Positions 1 through 10,055 of a stretch of 51,347 nucleotides of DNA are shown piece after piece. Position 1 is the stretch's first letter; each line of letters starts with the position of its first letter. The notes beneath the pieces were generated by a model that saw nothing but the letters and a program-made list of their open reading frames with translations, made no database searches and was not told where the DNA came from. The position numbers and the translations under genes were made by a program. Source of the stretch: a virus; the UHGV virus genome UHGV-0208865; one strand, given 5' to 3'.

Positions 1-465
1 ATGAAGAAGTTGCTGAGATCAATGAGCGAGCCGAGGTCGGTAACTGCCGTGATGGTAGTTATCTACACAGCTATCGCAATTACGGGTATTGGGTTCCTTA
101 CAAGCTATGATTCGTTGCCGTGGACAATCATCCTCGCGGCCTTGCTGATGCTCGTCTCCGGTGTTTTGGGCGCACCTTCAGCATGGTTGGGTTCTTGGTG
201 GCTTGAAGGCCCCGCTGCACTTGTCGCTGTCCTTGGCATCATGCTCGTGTCGATCAATGAACTGGTCCTGACCACGGCACATGTTCGCTGGCCTCTCCAT
301 GTTATTATTTTGTCAGTAATCATTGCTTTGTTCTTCCTGGGGCGTGCTCTGCGTGTGTGGCCGTATTCGTATCGCCCCGGAGTTCTGCCGAAGAGCAAGC
401 TGGAAGAGGCTGAAGAACGGTACAATAAGACAAGGGAAGAATACTTGTCAACCGTTAGTGAGTAA
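1..465 (+). CDS. Integral membrane protein (about 4 predicted TM helices). It may be lysis-associated if the genome is circularly permuted, and may be truncated at the window edge.
   Basis: ORF track. Hydrophobic helices VMVVIYTAIAITGIGFL, IILAALLMLVSGVLG, LVAVLGIMLVSI, HVIILSVIIALFFLG. It follows the holin/endolysin at the right end if the window is joined circularly. Confidence 0.45.
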   Translation: MKKLLRSMSEPRSVTAVMVVIYTAIAITGIGFLTSYDSLPWTIILAALLMLVSGVLGAPSAWLGSWWLEGPAALVAVLGIMLVSINELVLTTAHVRWPLHVIILSVIIALFFLGRALRVWPYSYRPGVLPKSKLEEAEERYNKTREEYLSTVSE

Positions 466-479
466 CAAGGAGTTAGCGT

Positions 480-722
480 ATGAACACGGCATTGGTGGGC
501 CTCATTTGCTCTGCCGTAACCCTTGTTATCAAGGCTATTGTTGATTTGTGCATTGATCGTTACAAGAAAGCTCAGGAGATTCAAGAAGCTCGTGATGATC
601 TTGAAGCTGATTTGCGTACGCAAGCGTTCCTGTGGAAGGAACATGCTTATGCGGTGCGTGTTGCGGCTGTTCAGGCCGGTGTGAAGGTAGAAGACTTACC
701 TTCCGTTCCAAAGGAGGACTAA
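480..722 (+). CDS. Small membrane protein (80 aa): N-terminal TM plus a charged C-terminus, holin-like topology.
   Basis: ORF track. VGLICSAVTLVIKAIVDLCI hydrophobic segment, then a charged tail. Confidence 0.4.
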   Translation: MNTALVGLICSAVTLVIKAIVDLCIDRYKKAQEIQEARDDLEADLRTQAFLWKEHAYAVRVAAVQAGVKVEDLPSVPKED

Positions 723-874
723 TGCTCATTGCCTGGTTTTTAGTTGGTCTCGCTGCTGGCTTGATTGCCGGTGCTGCTTGTACTTACGTGTACTTGGACA
801 ACAAGTTTCAGAAGGCTGTGAAGGAGGTGCTTGGTGGTATCCAAGACGAACTCGCGCGATTTGCTGACGAGTGA
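722..874 (+). CDS. Small membrane protein (50 aa)
   Basis: ATG at 722 overlaps the previous stop (TAATG). MLIAWFLVGLAAGLIAGAACTYVYL single TM. Confidence 0.35.
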   Translation: MLIAWFLVGLAAGLIAGAACTYVYLDNKFQKAVKEVLGGIQDELARFADE

Positions 875-1418
875 TGATCCGGAGCTGCGTGGCAAGCGCG
901 ACACGGCTTTGTCGCTGCTGAAGCGTGGTACGGAGCGTAACAAGATCATCTCTGCGACAGGCTTCACGTCTGAAGAACTGTTCGTTATCGAGCAGTCCTA
1001 TTACGATAGCCGACAGGAGTTGTCGCCTCGTAATATGCGCATCAAGCAGCTTGACCGTCTTGATGCACTTGTTGACATGGCTTACAGCCAGATCGAGATG
1101 TTTGGTCTTGCTGACGAGAAGGGTAACTGGGGCCAGAATCTTCAGGCTGTTCTTGCTGTTCTGCGTGAGATTTCCGAGGTCGCTAACCTCAAGCGCCAGA
1201 CGGTGACTCATGAGATTCGCGTGATCGAAGAGAAGCAAGTGAATGTCATGCTGTCATTCACCAATCAGGTGCTCGAAGAGTATACGGCGCTGATGTACCC
1301 TCACTTGTCTGCTAAGGCAAAGCGTGCCTTGGAGACCAACAAGGCTGACTGGTTTTCTCAGGCTGTGTCGAAACCAGCTGCGTTGCTTGAGGCGACTGTA
1401 GAAGTTGAGGGTGAGTAA
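831..1418 (+). CDS. Putative terminase small subunit. The start is uncertain (TTG 831, or an internal TTG/ATG further downstream).
   Basis: Sits immediately upstream of TerL and is translationally coupled to it (TAATG overlap at 1416-1420). No recognisable motifs. Confidence 0.35.
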   Translation: MVVSKTNSRDLLTSDDPELRGKRDTALSLLKRGTERNKIISATGFTSEELFVIEQSYYDSRQELSPRNMRIKQLDRLDALVDMAYSQIEMFGLADEKGNWGQNLQAVLAVLREISEVANLKRQTVTHEIRVIEEKQVNVMLSFTNQVLEEYTALMYPHLSAKAKRALETNKADWFSQAVSKPAALLEATVEVEGE

Positions 1419-2926
1419 TGCTGCCTTTCGGTGCTGTCGCTAAGAAGTTTTCTGATGCCCAGCGTCTTGAAGTGTGGCGTAACAACCCTGCCAAGTGGGC
1501 TGAAGACCACGGCCTGTTTATGTGGTCGAAGCAGCGTGAAGTTTCACAGTCTGTTGTTGAACACCAGAAAACCCTTGTGGTTACTGGCAATGGTGTGGGA
1601 AAGTCACGTTTGTCAGCTACCCTTGTCAACTGGTGGGTAGACACCCATCCTGTCGATGACACGACAGTCGTCACAACGGCGACAAACTGGAAACAGGTCC
1701 GCAACGTTCTGTGGAAAGAGATTCCTCGTGTCAAGGCCGATGCTGGTATTGGTGGCAAGGTTAACGCCGACGCAACATGGAAGATGGGAGACCGACAAGA
1801 CCCTATCGCTTTCGGTATGAAGCCGGACGATAAGGACGAGTCGGGTTTTCAAGGTGTCCACGACCAGTACGTCCTAGTGATTATGGACGAGGCGGGTGGT
1901 ATCTCCAAGGAAATCTTCACCGCTGCTGACGCAATTACGACCAACAAGTATGCACGCATCTTGGCTATTGCTAACCCTAACGACCCGTCGTGCTACATGG
2001 CCGAGGTGTTCAAGCGGGAGATGCGCCTGAAGCCTGAAGAGCGCTCCTGGAACATCATCCAATTCGGCGCGTACGACACGCCTAATTTCACGGGTGAGGT
2101 CGTACCTGTCGAGGTTGCGACTCGTCTTGTGCAGGTTGACTGGGTTGAGGCACGTAAGAAGGAATGGGGCGAGGATGACCCCCGTTTCGTAGCGCGTGTC
2201 CTCGGTGAGTTCCCAGACGTGTCTGACGACGGCCTGTTCAACATGGGCCGCGTCATGCAGTCGATGGAGGCTTACGACACTTCTGAACCTGACGAGGGTA
2301 TGCCGATTGTTCTCGGTGTTGACGTTGCCCGTTATGGGTCCGACAGCTCAGTGATTGTGTCGAACCAAGGCGGTTACATCAAGATTCATGGGCGTTACCA
2401 AGGCTTGAACGGTCCTGAGCTTGCCCGTAAGGTTGGTGAGCTGGCAGTCGAACTCGGGGCTGTCGAGATTCGTATTGACGCTATCGGTGTTGGCGCATCC
2501 GTTCTCGATAGTATCTACAATTTCGTGCCCGCTGACATTTCTGTCATTGGTATTCACGGTAACGCGAAGTCCGGTGATAGCACTAAGTGGTACAACTATC
2601 GCGCCGCTATGTACGATCAGTTCGCTAAGGCTGTCGCTGATGGTCGTGTCTTCCTGCCCGATGACGATGAACTCCACAATGAAATTGCTTCGATTAAGTA
2701 CGAGTATCGTGGGTCAGCAATGCTCATCGAATCGAAGGAAAATATGCGCAAGCGTGGCATTAAGTCGCCTGACGTTCTTGATGCTGTCATTTATGCGTAC
2801 CAGAATATTGGAGCCATTATGGCCGGTGATTCAGAAGGTCAGTACTATTCACCTGATGATCTACTAGAAGAAGATGACCTCTTGGACTTCATGTTCGAGG
2901 AAGAGTTGTCTGTATTTCTAGCATGA
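1418..2926 (+). CDS. terL: Terminase large subunit (ATPase + nuclease)
   Basis: 502 aa. Walker A-like VVTGNGVGKS, Walker B VLVIMDEAGG, acidic C-terminal nuclease region. Position is first in the morphogenesis block. Confidence 0.85.
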   Translation: MLPFGAVAKKFSDAQRLEVWRNNPAKWAEDHGLFMWSKQREVSQSVVEHQKTLVVTGNGVGKSRLSATLVNWWVDTHPVDDTTVVTTATNWKQVRNVLWKEIPRVKADAGIGGKVNADATWKMGDRQDPIAFGMKPDDKDESGFQGVHDQYVLVIMDEAGGISKEIFTAADAITTNKYARILAIANPNDPSCYMAEVFKREMRLKPEERSWNIIQFGAYDTPNFTGEVVPVEVATRLVQVDWVEARKKEWGEDDPRFVARVLGEFPDVSDDGLFNMGRVMQSMEAYDTSEPDEGMPIVLGVDVARYGSDSSVIVSNQGGYIKIHGRYQGLNGPELARKVGELAVELGAVEIRIDAIGVGASVLDSIYNFVPADISVIGIHGNAKSGDSTKWYNYRAAMYDQFAKAVADGRVFLPDDDELHNEIASIKYEYRGSAMLIESKENMRKRGIKSPDVLDAVIYAYQNIGAIMAGDSEGQYYSPDDLLEEDDLLDFMFEEELSVFLA

Positions 2927-2939
2927 TAGGATAATTTAC

Positions 2940-4292
2940 ATGAAGTATGAGCAGACATTTCAAGAAGCGCTAGGGTCTTTTTCTGATACCCTAGCGCGTC
3001 TCAAGCGAGAAGATGTGGGCTGGTTGCCCTTGTCTGCTGTCGAAGGCCCTGATTCTCTGATTACTCTTGATGTGATTAGGGACCATTCGGCCCGTGCGCG
3101 TCGTTTGGCTACTCTTAACCCTATTGTGAAGCGTGGCTTGGTTGTCCGTAACGCTTACATGTGGGGCGACCCCGTTGTCTACAAGGGTTCTACTGGACCT
3201 TCCCGTAAGGTAATCGAGGAAAACGCGAAGGCTTGTTTCAGTGTGCAGGCGCGTGTTCGTGATGAGCAGTCTTTCAACACTGACGGTTGCGTCATTTATC
3301 TTGTGGATAAGGCGACAAAGACTGTTACACCTGTTCCGTTGATGCGCCTTGCTGGTGTGGCTACTGATGATGCGACAGGTGATGTCGTTGCGCTCCTGAT
3401 CAACCCTGTCGTAAGTGGTGAGCCTCAGTGGTACATGCTGTGGGACCGCGTGAGCGTGAAGATCACCAAGACTAACTACAAGGTGAACAAGCGCTTGACG
3501 GCTGTGTATGCGACCGTGAATCGCCTTGCTGCTGAACAGTATGGCAAGCCTGATCTCATGAGTGCTATGTCGTATGCGCAGAAGTATAAAGAGCATCTTG
3601 AGGTCGCACACCTCATGGAGAAGTCTCTCGCTAAGCTGGCCTTTAAGGCAACGAGCGTTAACTCTAAGCAGCAACAGGCCGTTCAGCAGCGTATGGCTGG
3701 GCCGGGTGTTGGTGCCACGGCGAACATTGGGGCCGGGCAAGACATTCAGGCGATTAACAAGGCTGGCGCTGGGATTGATTTCTCGGCTGGTACGCCTCTT
3801 GCGTCTATGGTGTCGGCTGCGCTCGACATCCCCCTGTCGGTGTTGTTGACGGATGGTTCTGCGGGCGGTCGCCAGGGTGCTGAGACTGCGCTTGAAGACC
3901 CGACGTTTAAGGCGTTGGAGCTGCGCCGTCAACTCCATATCGACATGCTGAATGAGATTGCTGCGGCTCTAGGTATTAAGGTGCAGATCGAGTACGGTTC
4001 GATCAATAATGATCAGACGCACCGCCGTATTCAGTCTTTGACGTTGGCGTTCCAGAATGGTGCTTTGCATCAGGTTGAAATGCGTTCCGGTGTGTTGCAG
4101 CTCTTGAAGATTGCTGGTTCTTTGCCGTTGGAAGATTTGCCTGCCCTACCCGATGAGGGTGAGAATGAGGACGAGGGCGAGGGCGAAGAAGACTCGGCAG
4201 CAAAGGACAACGAGGACGGACGCGCAACGGGTGTAGGCCCGTTGTCTGATGGTACTAACGACAATCGAGATAATGGAGGGACCGATGCCTAA
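2940..4292 (+). CDS. Portal protein
   Basis: 450 aa ORF directly after TerL with an acidic Glu/Asp-rich C-terminus. Synteny. Confidence 0.7.
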   Translation: MKYEQTFQEALGSFSDTLARLKREDVGWLPLSAVEGPDSLITLDVIRDHSARARRLATLNPIVKRGLVVRNAYMWGDPVVYKGSTGPSRKVIEENAKACFSVQARVRDEQSFNTDGCVIYLVDKATKTVTPVPLMRLAGVATDDATGDVVALLINPVVSGEPQWYMLWDRVSVKITKTNYKVNKRLTAVYATVNRLAAEQYGKPDLMSAMSYAQKYKEHLEVAHLMEKSLAKLAFKATSVNSKQQQAVQQRMAGPGVGATANIGAGQDIQAINKAGAGIDFSAGTPLASMVSAALDIPLSVLLTDGSAGGRQGAETALEDPTFKALELRRQLHIDMLNEIAAALGIKVQIEYGSINNDQTHRRIQSLTLAFQNGALHQVEMRSGVLQLLKIAGSLPLEDLPALPDEGENEDEGEGEEDSAAKDNEDGRATGVGPLSDGTNDNRDNGGTDA

Positions 4293-5157
4293 GCTGCATG
4301 AGTCCACGAGCGCTATCGGTACTGAGTCTCTTGGTGAGGGAAAGTACCGAATCAGAATTATCGTGCCCGGCCAGGGTTCTAGTGGTATTTACACTGCTGA
4401 GAACTTGGCTGAGTCTGCTCACCTGTTTAAGGCTGGCACGGAAATGTTTATAGACCACCCAACTGAGTCCGAGGAATGGGAGCGCCCGGAGCGTTCTATT
4501 CGTGACTATGCTGGTGTCTTTCTTGAAGACGCGACAGTTGGTGAGGATGGGGCACTCTACACTGTGTGTAAGGTGTTCTCTGGTGTTAACGAGCTAATCA
4601 AGGATAAGTGGGAATATATTGGTGTTTCCATTAATGCTTGGTGCGACCAGCCAATTGCGGAAACAGGTGTTGTTCCTGTTTTTGCTGGCGTTAGGTCGGT
4701 TGACTTTGTTACCGCGCCTGGTGCGGGTGGTGGCATTGTTGATCTGCTAGAATCAAATAGGAACAACAATTCTATTAAGGAGGGAACTGTGGACGAAAAG
4801 CTGCTTGAGTCCAAGTTCGATGAGCTGAAGGGTGAGATCGCTTCTCTTGTTGAAGCTATCGGCTCTAAGCTAGAGTCTGCTGTGGCCGCGATTCAGGAAG
4901 CCAAGGCAGAGGAACCGGCTGAGAAGGTCGAAGAGGCATCCGTGGATGTTGATTCTGTCCTTGAGGCCGGTAAGAAGATTGCCGAGTCCGGTCTGCCGGA
5001 TGCGGCTGTCGCGCGTGTTCATGAGGCTGTGAAGAAGGGTGCGGATGTCGAGTCTGCTCTTGAGGCTGAGCGTGCGTATCTGAAGGAGGCTATCGCTGCG
5101 ACTGCCACCCCTGTTGTCGAAAAGAACGAAGACACTTTCGGAAAGATTGGTTGGTGA
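4285..5157 (+). CDS. Capsid scaffolding protein, or a protease-scaffold fusion (uncertain)
   Basis: RBS GGAGGG plus ATG 4285. The C-terminal half is Ala/Glu/Lys-rich with coiled-coil character (KGEIASLVEAIGSKLESAVAAIQEAKAEE). Sits between portal and capsid genes. Confidence 0.5.
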   Translation: MPKLHESTSAIGTESLGEGKYRIRIIVPGQGSSGIYTAENLAESAHLFKAGTEMFIDHPTESEEWERPERSIRDYAGVFLEDATVGEDGALYTVCKVFSGVNELIKDKWEYIGVSINAWCDQPIAETGVVPVFAGVRSVDFVTAPGAGGGIVDLLESNRNNNSIKEGTVDEKLLESKFDELKGEIASLVEAIGSKLESAVAAIQEAKAEEPAEKVEEASVDVDSVLEAGKKIAESGLPDAAVARVHEAVKKGADVESALEAERAYLKEAIAATATPVVEKNEDTFGKIGW

Positions 5158-5162
5158 GCATA

Positions 5163-5645
5163 ATGGCAGTCAACGCTATCCGTGTTCCGGTTGTCAAGGA
5201 CAACCAGATTTTTGAGTATTCCAAGACTCTCTCCCTCCCTGTCGATGCCACGCAGGCTCATCTTGAGCCTGGCGACGTTGTTGTCATCAACAAGGACAAC
5301 GGTATTGCTGGTATCCTTCAGTCGAAGGTTCGTCCTACGACTGACAAGGCTGAGCAGGCTCTTACTGATGTGCTAGTGGCCCCTACGTATGGTCTGAATG
5401 GCCCCGGCTACGCCTCTGTGCGTGTCGCTGGCGGCGTGTTTGAGCTTGTCGGCAAGTCTGTTGCCGCTGCGAAGGCGGGTGCGCCTGTGTACGCGAAGGC
5501 TGCGACTGGTGCAGGTGTGAAGCCTGAGATTACGACCGTTAAGGCCGGTGCTGATGTTGTTATCGGTTGGCTGAAGGAGCCTCTTGCTGCGTCTGCCACC
5601 CCCCAGAAGATGCAGGTCGTTCTTGCACCTGCTAAGAACGCCTGA
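5163..5645 (+). CDS. Head protein (scaffold or decoration candidate)
   Basis: ATG 5163. Ala/Gly-rich 160 aa protein immediately upstream of the major capsid gene. Confidence 0.4.
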   Translation: MAVNAIRVPVVKDNQIFEYSKTLSLPVDATQAHLEPGDVVVINKDNGIAGILQSKVRPTTDKAEQALTDVLVAPTYGLNGPGYASVRVAGGVFELVGKSVAAAKAGAPVYAKAATGAGVKPEITTVKAGADVVIGWLKEPLAASATPQKMQVVLAPAKNA

Positions 5646-5660
5646 TAGGAGGCAACTAAA

Positions 5661-6803
5661 GTGCGTTTCAAGAACCAGGAAGAGTTCAACGTCCAGCTGG
5701 GTGAGGCCCTTGCAGGCGACCGTCTCGCGCAGGCGCGCCTGAAGGAGGCTGTCACCTCTGATCAGCTGGCACCTATGTTCGTGAAGGCCGCGAACGTTCG
5801 TTTCCAGGAGTATTTCGATGCTCATGAGACGATTTGGGACAAGATTGCGACGAAGGAGCTGTTGACGGACTTCCGTCCTGCTTCGCTTCTGTCGCTGAAG
5901 CCTGACGCTACTACGGCTCCTATCGACAATGGTGGCTATCAGCACCCTGTGGGCACGCTGCCTCATGTGCCGGAGCTGACCCCTTACCCGACCATGTCCT
6001 ATAGTGCCGATGGTGCGTTTATCACGACCGCCAAGCACGGCGCGCGCATCCAGTTCAGCTTCGAGTCGTTTATTAATGACGAGTGGAACGTAATTAGCCG
6101 TTTCCCGAAGGATGCTGCTGCTCTCGCTGCGCGTACTGAGGACTTGCTGGTCCTCCTTCAGCTGTTTGACCCCGCTACTAAGTCTCTTCGCAAGGACGTG
6201 TTTAACACCACTAACAAGACCGAGTTTAGGGTCGATGGTCTGCCTGCTGAGATCACTGGCGGTGCTACCGGTTTGGGTACCTCTGGTAATAATCACGAAC
6301 TGTCGTTCGATGTGATTGTTGCTGCACGGTTCCAGGCACTCGCTACTCTGCGCGACGGTCACTCGACTTATGTCCCCGAGGGTTTCGTGTTGGTCACTAA
6401 CCCTGCTCTCGCTGAGGTTGCTAAGGGCTACACTCAGATTAACGAGATTCGTGTCCAGAATGGTAAGCGCACTGAGATCAAGGGCAACCCTCTGAAGGAT
6501 TTGGAGGTCGTTACTTCCGACCTGATCTCCGTTGTTGGTGGCGAGAAGGCATGGGTTCTTCTTCCGAAGGGTGGTCGTGCCAATGGTAAGACTGTCCTTG
6601 CGAAGACGGGTATGCTGGGTCGTGAGGCCCCGGAGCTTCGTATCCACAACAAGACCGGCCAGATGATCGGTGGCGGCGACGTTAACCCCTATGAGGGTTC
6701 TTTCGACAACGATGATGTCGAAGTTCGTATTCGACAGATCGCGGGTGCTGGCATCGTCCGCTACGACGGTATTATCGGCTCGACTGGTCATCCGTCTCTG
6801 TGA
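5661..6803 (+). CDS. Major capsid protein (HK97-fold candidate)
   Basis: 380 aa. RBS TAGGAGG plus GTG start. Position after the scaffold. Followed by a strong terminator, as expected for a highly expressed capsid gene. Confidence 0.65.
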   Translation: MRFKNQEEFNVQLGEALAGDRLAQARLKEAVTSDQLAPMFVKAANVRFQEYFDAHETIWDKIATKELLTDFRPASLLSLKPDATTAPIDNGGYQHPVGTLPHVPELTPYPTMSYSADGAFITTAKHGARIQFSFESFINDEWNVISRFPKDAAALAARTEDLLVLLQLFDPATKSLRKDVFNTTNKTEFRVDGLPAEITGGATGLGTSGNNHELSFDVIVAARFQALATLRDGHSTYVPEGFVLVTNPALAEVAKGYTQINEIRVQNGKRTEIKGNPLKDLEVVTSDLISVVGGEKAWVLLPKGGRANGKTVLAKTGMLGREAPELRIHNKTGQMIGGGDVNPYEGSFDNDDVEVRIRQIAGAGIVRYDGIIGSTGHPSL

Positions 6804-6820
6804 TCAGTTAGCTGATTGAG

Positions 6821-6856
6821 TAAGACCCTCGCGGCCTTTGGCTGCGGGGGTCTTGC
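6821..6856 (+). terminator. Rho-independent terminator downstream of the capsid gene
   Basis: AAGACCC...cgcggcctttggctgcg...GGGGTCTT stem followed by a T-rich tract (tatactggtttt). Confidence 0.5.
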
Positions 6857-6868
6857 TATACTGGTTTT

Positions 6869-7255
6869 ATGAGCGAGATTGATTTTTCTTCCCCCATCGG
6901 ACAGGTGCGTGTCCTTATTCCTGATTTGCGTAAGTTGGAGGACTTGCGTGACTTGAGGAATGAGCCGCGTTATCTTTTCGCTGACGAAGAGATTGAGGCT
7001 TTGCTCGCTGTTAACGGCGGTAACGTGAAGCTGGCTGCTGCCGATGCGTGTGACACTATCGGCATGGATAAGGCTTTGCAGTTGCTTGTCTTGAAGACGG
7101 ACGACAAGCAGACGGATGGTGCTAAGCTGCTGGCTGCGATTGTCGGTCGTGCTCGGCAGTTGCGTGCTCAAGCGAAGGAAGATGAGGTAAATAACCTCTG
7201 CTTTGATGTTGTGCAGCCAACGTTTGAGCCTGTGGATTGGGTGGTGAACTTCTAA
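6869..7255 (+). CDS. Head-tail connector / adaptor protein
   Basis: 128 aa. Synteny. Confidence 0.45.
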   Translation: MSEIDFSSPIGQVRVLIPDLRKLEDLRDLRNEPRYLFADEEIEALLAVNGGNVKLAAADACDTIGMDKALQLLVLKTDDKQTDGAKLLAAIVGRARQLRAQAKEDEVNNLCFDVVQPTFEPVDWVVNF

Positions 7256-7746
7256 TGGGCTTGTCGATTGACCCGAACATCCACCCCTTGTTCATGTATG
7301 CCTCGTATTATCCGCTTCAGTTGTTGGCGAATACGAAGGTGAGCATCTTCAAGGAGCCTGACACAGTATCGTATGACTGGTCTGATGAGGCTGGTTTGTC
7401 GCTTGAGTATAACAACCCTGTGTGGAAGGGTTGGGCGAATATCACGCCTAACGTTGACTGGCGTGCCCGTAATCGTGAATGGGCTGGCACGGTCACAGGT
7501 GTTCATGCGTATCGTGTGCAGCTTTTGCATATTGACAAGAACGAGGTTTTTTCACGTGATTTGTGGGGCAACCCGGATGCGCGTGTGTCGTTCGCTGAGG
7601 GTATGCGCATCCAAGTAGAGGAAATGCCGACTGACCCACGGGTTGCGGGGTTGAAGCTGGTTGTGCGTAACGCTCAGGTTGATACACTGAACTGGCAGGT
7701 GACGCTTTTGTGTGATGTGGCAACGGGGGAGACTGCTAATGGCTAG
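7255..7746 (+). CDS. Head-tail joining (head closure) protein
   Basis: ATG 7255 overlaps the upstream stop (TAATG). Synteny. Confidence 0.4.
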   Translation: MGLSIDPNIHPLFMYASYYPLQLLANTKVSIFKEPDTVSYDWSDEAGLSLEYNNPVWKGWANITPNVDWRARNREWAGTVTGVHAYRVQLLHIDKNEVFSRDLWGNPDARVSFAEGMRIQVEEMPTDPRVAGLKLVVRNAQVDTLNWQVTLLCDVATGETANG

Positions 7747-8218
7747 GACTAAGAAGACTGTACGGTATGACGGTCGTGTTGCTGGTATTAAGGTGACTGT
7801 CGATACCGACAGGTATGGTGTTGCTGCTAAGGCGAAGAAGAAGATCATTGACGCTGCTTGGAAGAAGGTTGATGCTGCGGCTAAGGCTGCGGCTGTCGCT
7901 TCTACTGAGTATGGGCGTGCTTTGATTGCGACAGACCCGCGCCGTGTCGATACTGGCTATATGCGTGATGCTTTCCGTGTTGATGCTTCTAAGGGCGGGA
8001 AGGTTGTCGAGATCGGTTGGCATCGTTGGGACCGTGCTAAGCCGTACTATGCGTGGCAGGAGAATGGTACGTACAGCCAGCGCACGTCTGGTTATTTGCG
8101 CTCTGGTTTGCGTGGTAAGCCTACGGGCGGCGACAAGGGGAAGGGTATTACCCCGGCTAAGTATTTGCCTCGTGTGACGGCTGTGTTCCGTGAAGAGTTT
8201 TATGGGAGGCTGAAGTGA
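7739..8218 (+). CDS. Neck / tail completion protein
   Basis: ATG 7739 overlaps the upstream stop. Basic N-terminus MARTKKTVRYDGRV. Synteny. Confidence 0.4.
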   Translation: MARTKKTVRYDGRVAGIKVTVDTDRYGVAAKAKKKIIDAAWKKVDAAAKAAAVASTEYGRALIATDPRRVDTGYMRDAFRVDASKGGKVVEIGWHRWDRAKPYYAWQENGTYSQRTSGYLRSGLRGKPTGGDKGKGITPAKYLPRVTAVFREEFYGRLK

Positions 8219-8631
8219 CGGATAGGACTTTAGAGTTTGACGAGGCTTGTCTGGCTCTTTTGCGCACGATCAAGGATGTCGAGGTTTTCGATTCTTTTTC
8301 GCGTGATACGAAGGTGCCTCTCTATATTGTTTATCACGGCGGCGCTGAGATCAATCGTCAGTTGGACGAGTATGTGTCGCTTGGTGGTCACACTATGGAT
8401 GTGTATGAGCATCCTTTCACGGTGGACGTGTTCGCTGTGAATAAGAAACTTCTCAATCGGCTTGTGTCGGTTGTGAAAGAGAAGCTCATTGGTGCTGTGT
8501 TGGTTGAAGGGTCTAATGGGGTGAATATCGCTGCATCGGTGGGTACTGATAGCGATTACGATTCCACGTTGCGGCCTACGGTTTATCAACATAGCATGAG
8601 TTTTTACGTCAACCTGGATAGGGGTGAGTGA
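8215..8631 (+). CDS. Tail terminator protein candidate
   Basis: GTG start with RBS GGGAGG. Position before the major tail gene. Confidence 0.4.
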   Translation: MTDRTLEFDEACLALLRTIKDVEVFDSFSRDTKVPLYIVYHGGAEINRQLDEYVSLGGHTMDVYEHPFTVDVFAVNKKLLNRLVSVVKEKLIGAVLVEGSNGVNIAASVGTDSDYDSTLRPTVYQHSMSFYVNLDRGE

Positions 8632-8812
8632 ATTGCGCGTGCGCAATGTTTTTACCAATATTGTCTGCGACAAGACTGAAGATGAGCTGGCTGTTCTGCC
8701 AGACATGTATGAGGTTGTCGATGACAATACGCCGATTACACAGGCCAAGTGTTGCGGCGAGGATGATACCATTGAAGATGACGATATCGTTTCCCACAAG
8801 GAGGAATACTGA
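8624..8812 (+). CDS. Small acidic protein (62 aa)
   Basis: ORF track. Asp/Glu-rich with a CC pair. Confidence 0.3.
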   Translation: MSELRVRNVFTNIVCDKTEDELAVLPDMYEVVDDNTPITQAKCCGEDDTIEDDDIVSHKEEY

Positions 8813-9357
8813 TGCCCAAGATGCTGTCTCCGAACACCACCGTTTGGTGGGTTCCGGCTGATGCCATTACTAACGTTGCCGACCTGTTTAAGGCTGCTAC
8901 CTACACTGGTGGCACGCCGAAGGCGGTTGACATTTCGTGCGCTATCGCGGCGGGTATGACGCTCGGCGCGACGGATTCGGACACGGATGACTCGCGTACC
9001 ATTTGCGATTCGGGTAACGCGAAGACCCCGACGATCTCGAACTACGAGGCTTCTCTCACGTTCTTCCGTGAGGCTATCGCGGCTGGTCAGAAGGCGGCGG
9101 GTAACACCTCCGTCTATGATAAGGCTTACCAGTTGTTCAAGCGTGGCACGCTTGACGGCATTAAGGAAGGCTACCTGGTCCAGCGTATCGGCTTCCGACA
9201 GGGCACCCCTGTTGAAGCCGGTCAAGAGCTGTCGGCCTTCAAGGTTGTTCCCGACAATCCGAAGGACGTGCTCGGGGATGGGGATAAGCCCATCCAGTTT
9301 GAGGTGCCCTTCTTGCCGCAAGGCTATATGGAGTTGAATAAGGCTGTCACTGCCTGA
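8812..9357 (+). CDS. Major tail protein
   Basis: Strong RBS GGAGGAATACTG-ATG. 181 aa. Followed by a strong terminator and then the chaperone pair and tape measure. Confidence 0.6.
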   Translation: MPKMLSPNTTVWWVPADAITNVADLFKAATYTGGTPKAVDISCAIAAGMTLGATDSDTDDSRTICDSGNAKTPTISNYEASLTFFREAIAAGQKAAGNTSVYDKAYQLFKRGTLDGIKEGYLVQRIGFRQGTPVEAGQELSAFKVVPDNPKDVLGDGDKPIQFEVPFLPQGYMELNKAVTA

Positions 9358-9369
9358 TCAACTCTGCTA

Positions 9370-9404
9370 GAATACCCCTGTACCTCCGAGGTGCGGGGGT
9401 ATTC
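9370..9404 (+). terminator. Rho-independent terminator after the major tail gene
   Basis: GAATACCCC-tgtacctccgaggtgc-GGGGGTATTC perfect 9-10 bp stem. Confidence 0.55.
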
Positions 9405-9428
9405 TCATATCTGATTGGAGTAGACATC

Positions 9429-10055
9429 ATGGCTTTTGAGCTGTCTAAGATTATCCAGACTATCAAGCCTTCCGTGAAGGCTATCGACATCCCCCTAAAC
9501 TTGGAGGACGCTGAGCGTTATGTGGAGCTAATTGAGTTGGCTAAGACTGCTCAGTTGCACGAGGCTCCTATGTCTCGTTCGATTACCGACACTGCGCCCG
9601 GTGTCGAACTGACCGAAGAGATCGAGGAACTTCGTAGGCAGTCAATCACTCTTCGTCTGCGTGCGCTCTCAAACAAGGAACTTAATGTTCTGAAGCGCAA
9701 GGTCTGGGAAGACCCGTTCTTCTCCACAAAGAACAAGAACGAGGACGAGAAGGCGATTATTGCCATTGAGCGTGAAGACCGCTTGATGGAGTACATTGTC
9801 GCTCAGGCTTGTGTTGAAGTTATCGACAATGCCACTGGCGAGTCTAAGAAGAATCTGACTGAAGACGAGGCCGCAGAGCTTCGCGGTTATCTGCCTGAGT
9901 TCTTGTGGCAGAGGGTGCTTCAGACGTGGGATGAGGCTCAGACGTTGGGTATTGCCATTGCTGAAGCGGTTTCTGACCCTACGTTTCGTGGGGACGGAAC
10001 TGTCGAAACCGGAGAACCAGTGGATGCTGCTTCTTCTGAAGACGGCGAGGGCTGA
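9429..10055 (+). CDS. Tail assembly chaperone (G-like)
   Basis: 208 aa acidic protein directly upstream of the tape measure. Overlapped by an ORF in another frame. Confidence 0.55.
   Translation: MAFELSKIIQTIKPSVKAIDIPLNLEDAERYVELIELAKTAQLHEAPMSRSITDTAPGVELTEEIEELRRQSITLRLRALSNKELNVLKRKVWEDPFFSTKNKNEDEKAIIAIEREDRLMEYIVAQACVEVIDNATGESKKNLTEDEAAELRGYLPEFLWQRVLQTWDEAQTLGIAIAEAVSDPTFRGDGTVETGEPVDAASSEDGEG

Noticed and set aside
5373-6791. 472-aa minus-strand ORF opposite the major capsid gene (and 2991-3938 minus opposite the portal)
   Set aside because: Antisense artefacts. Structural-module synteny, RBSs and overlapping stop/start junctions all support the + strand genes.
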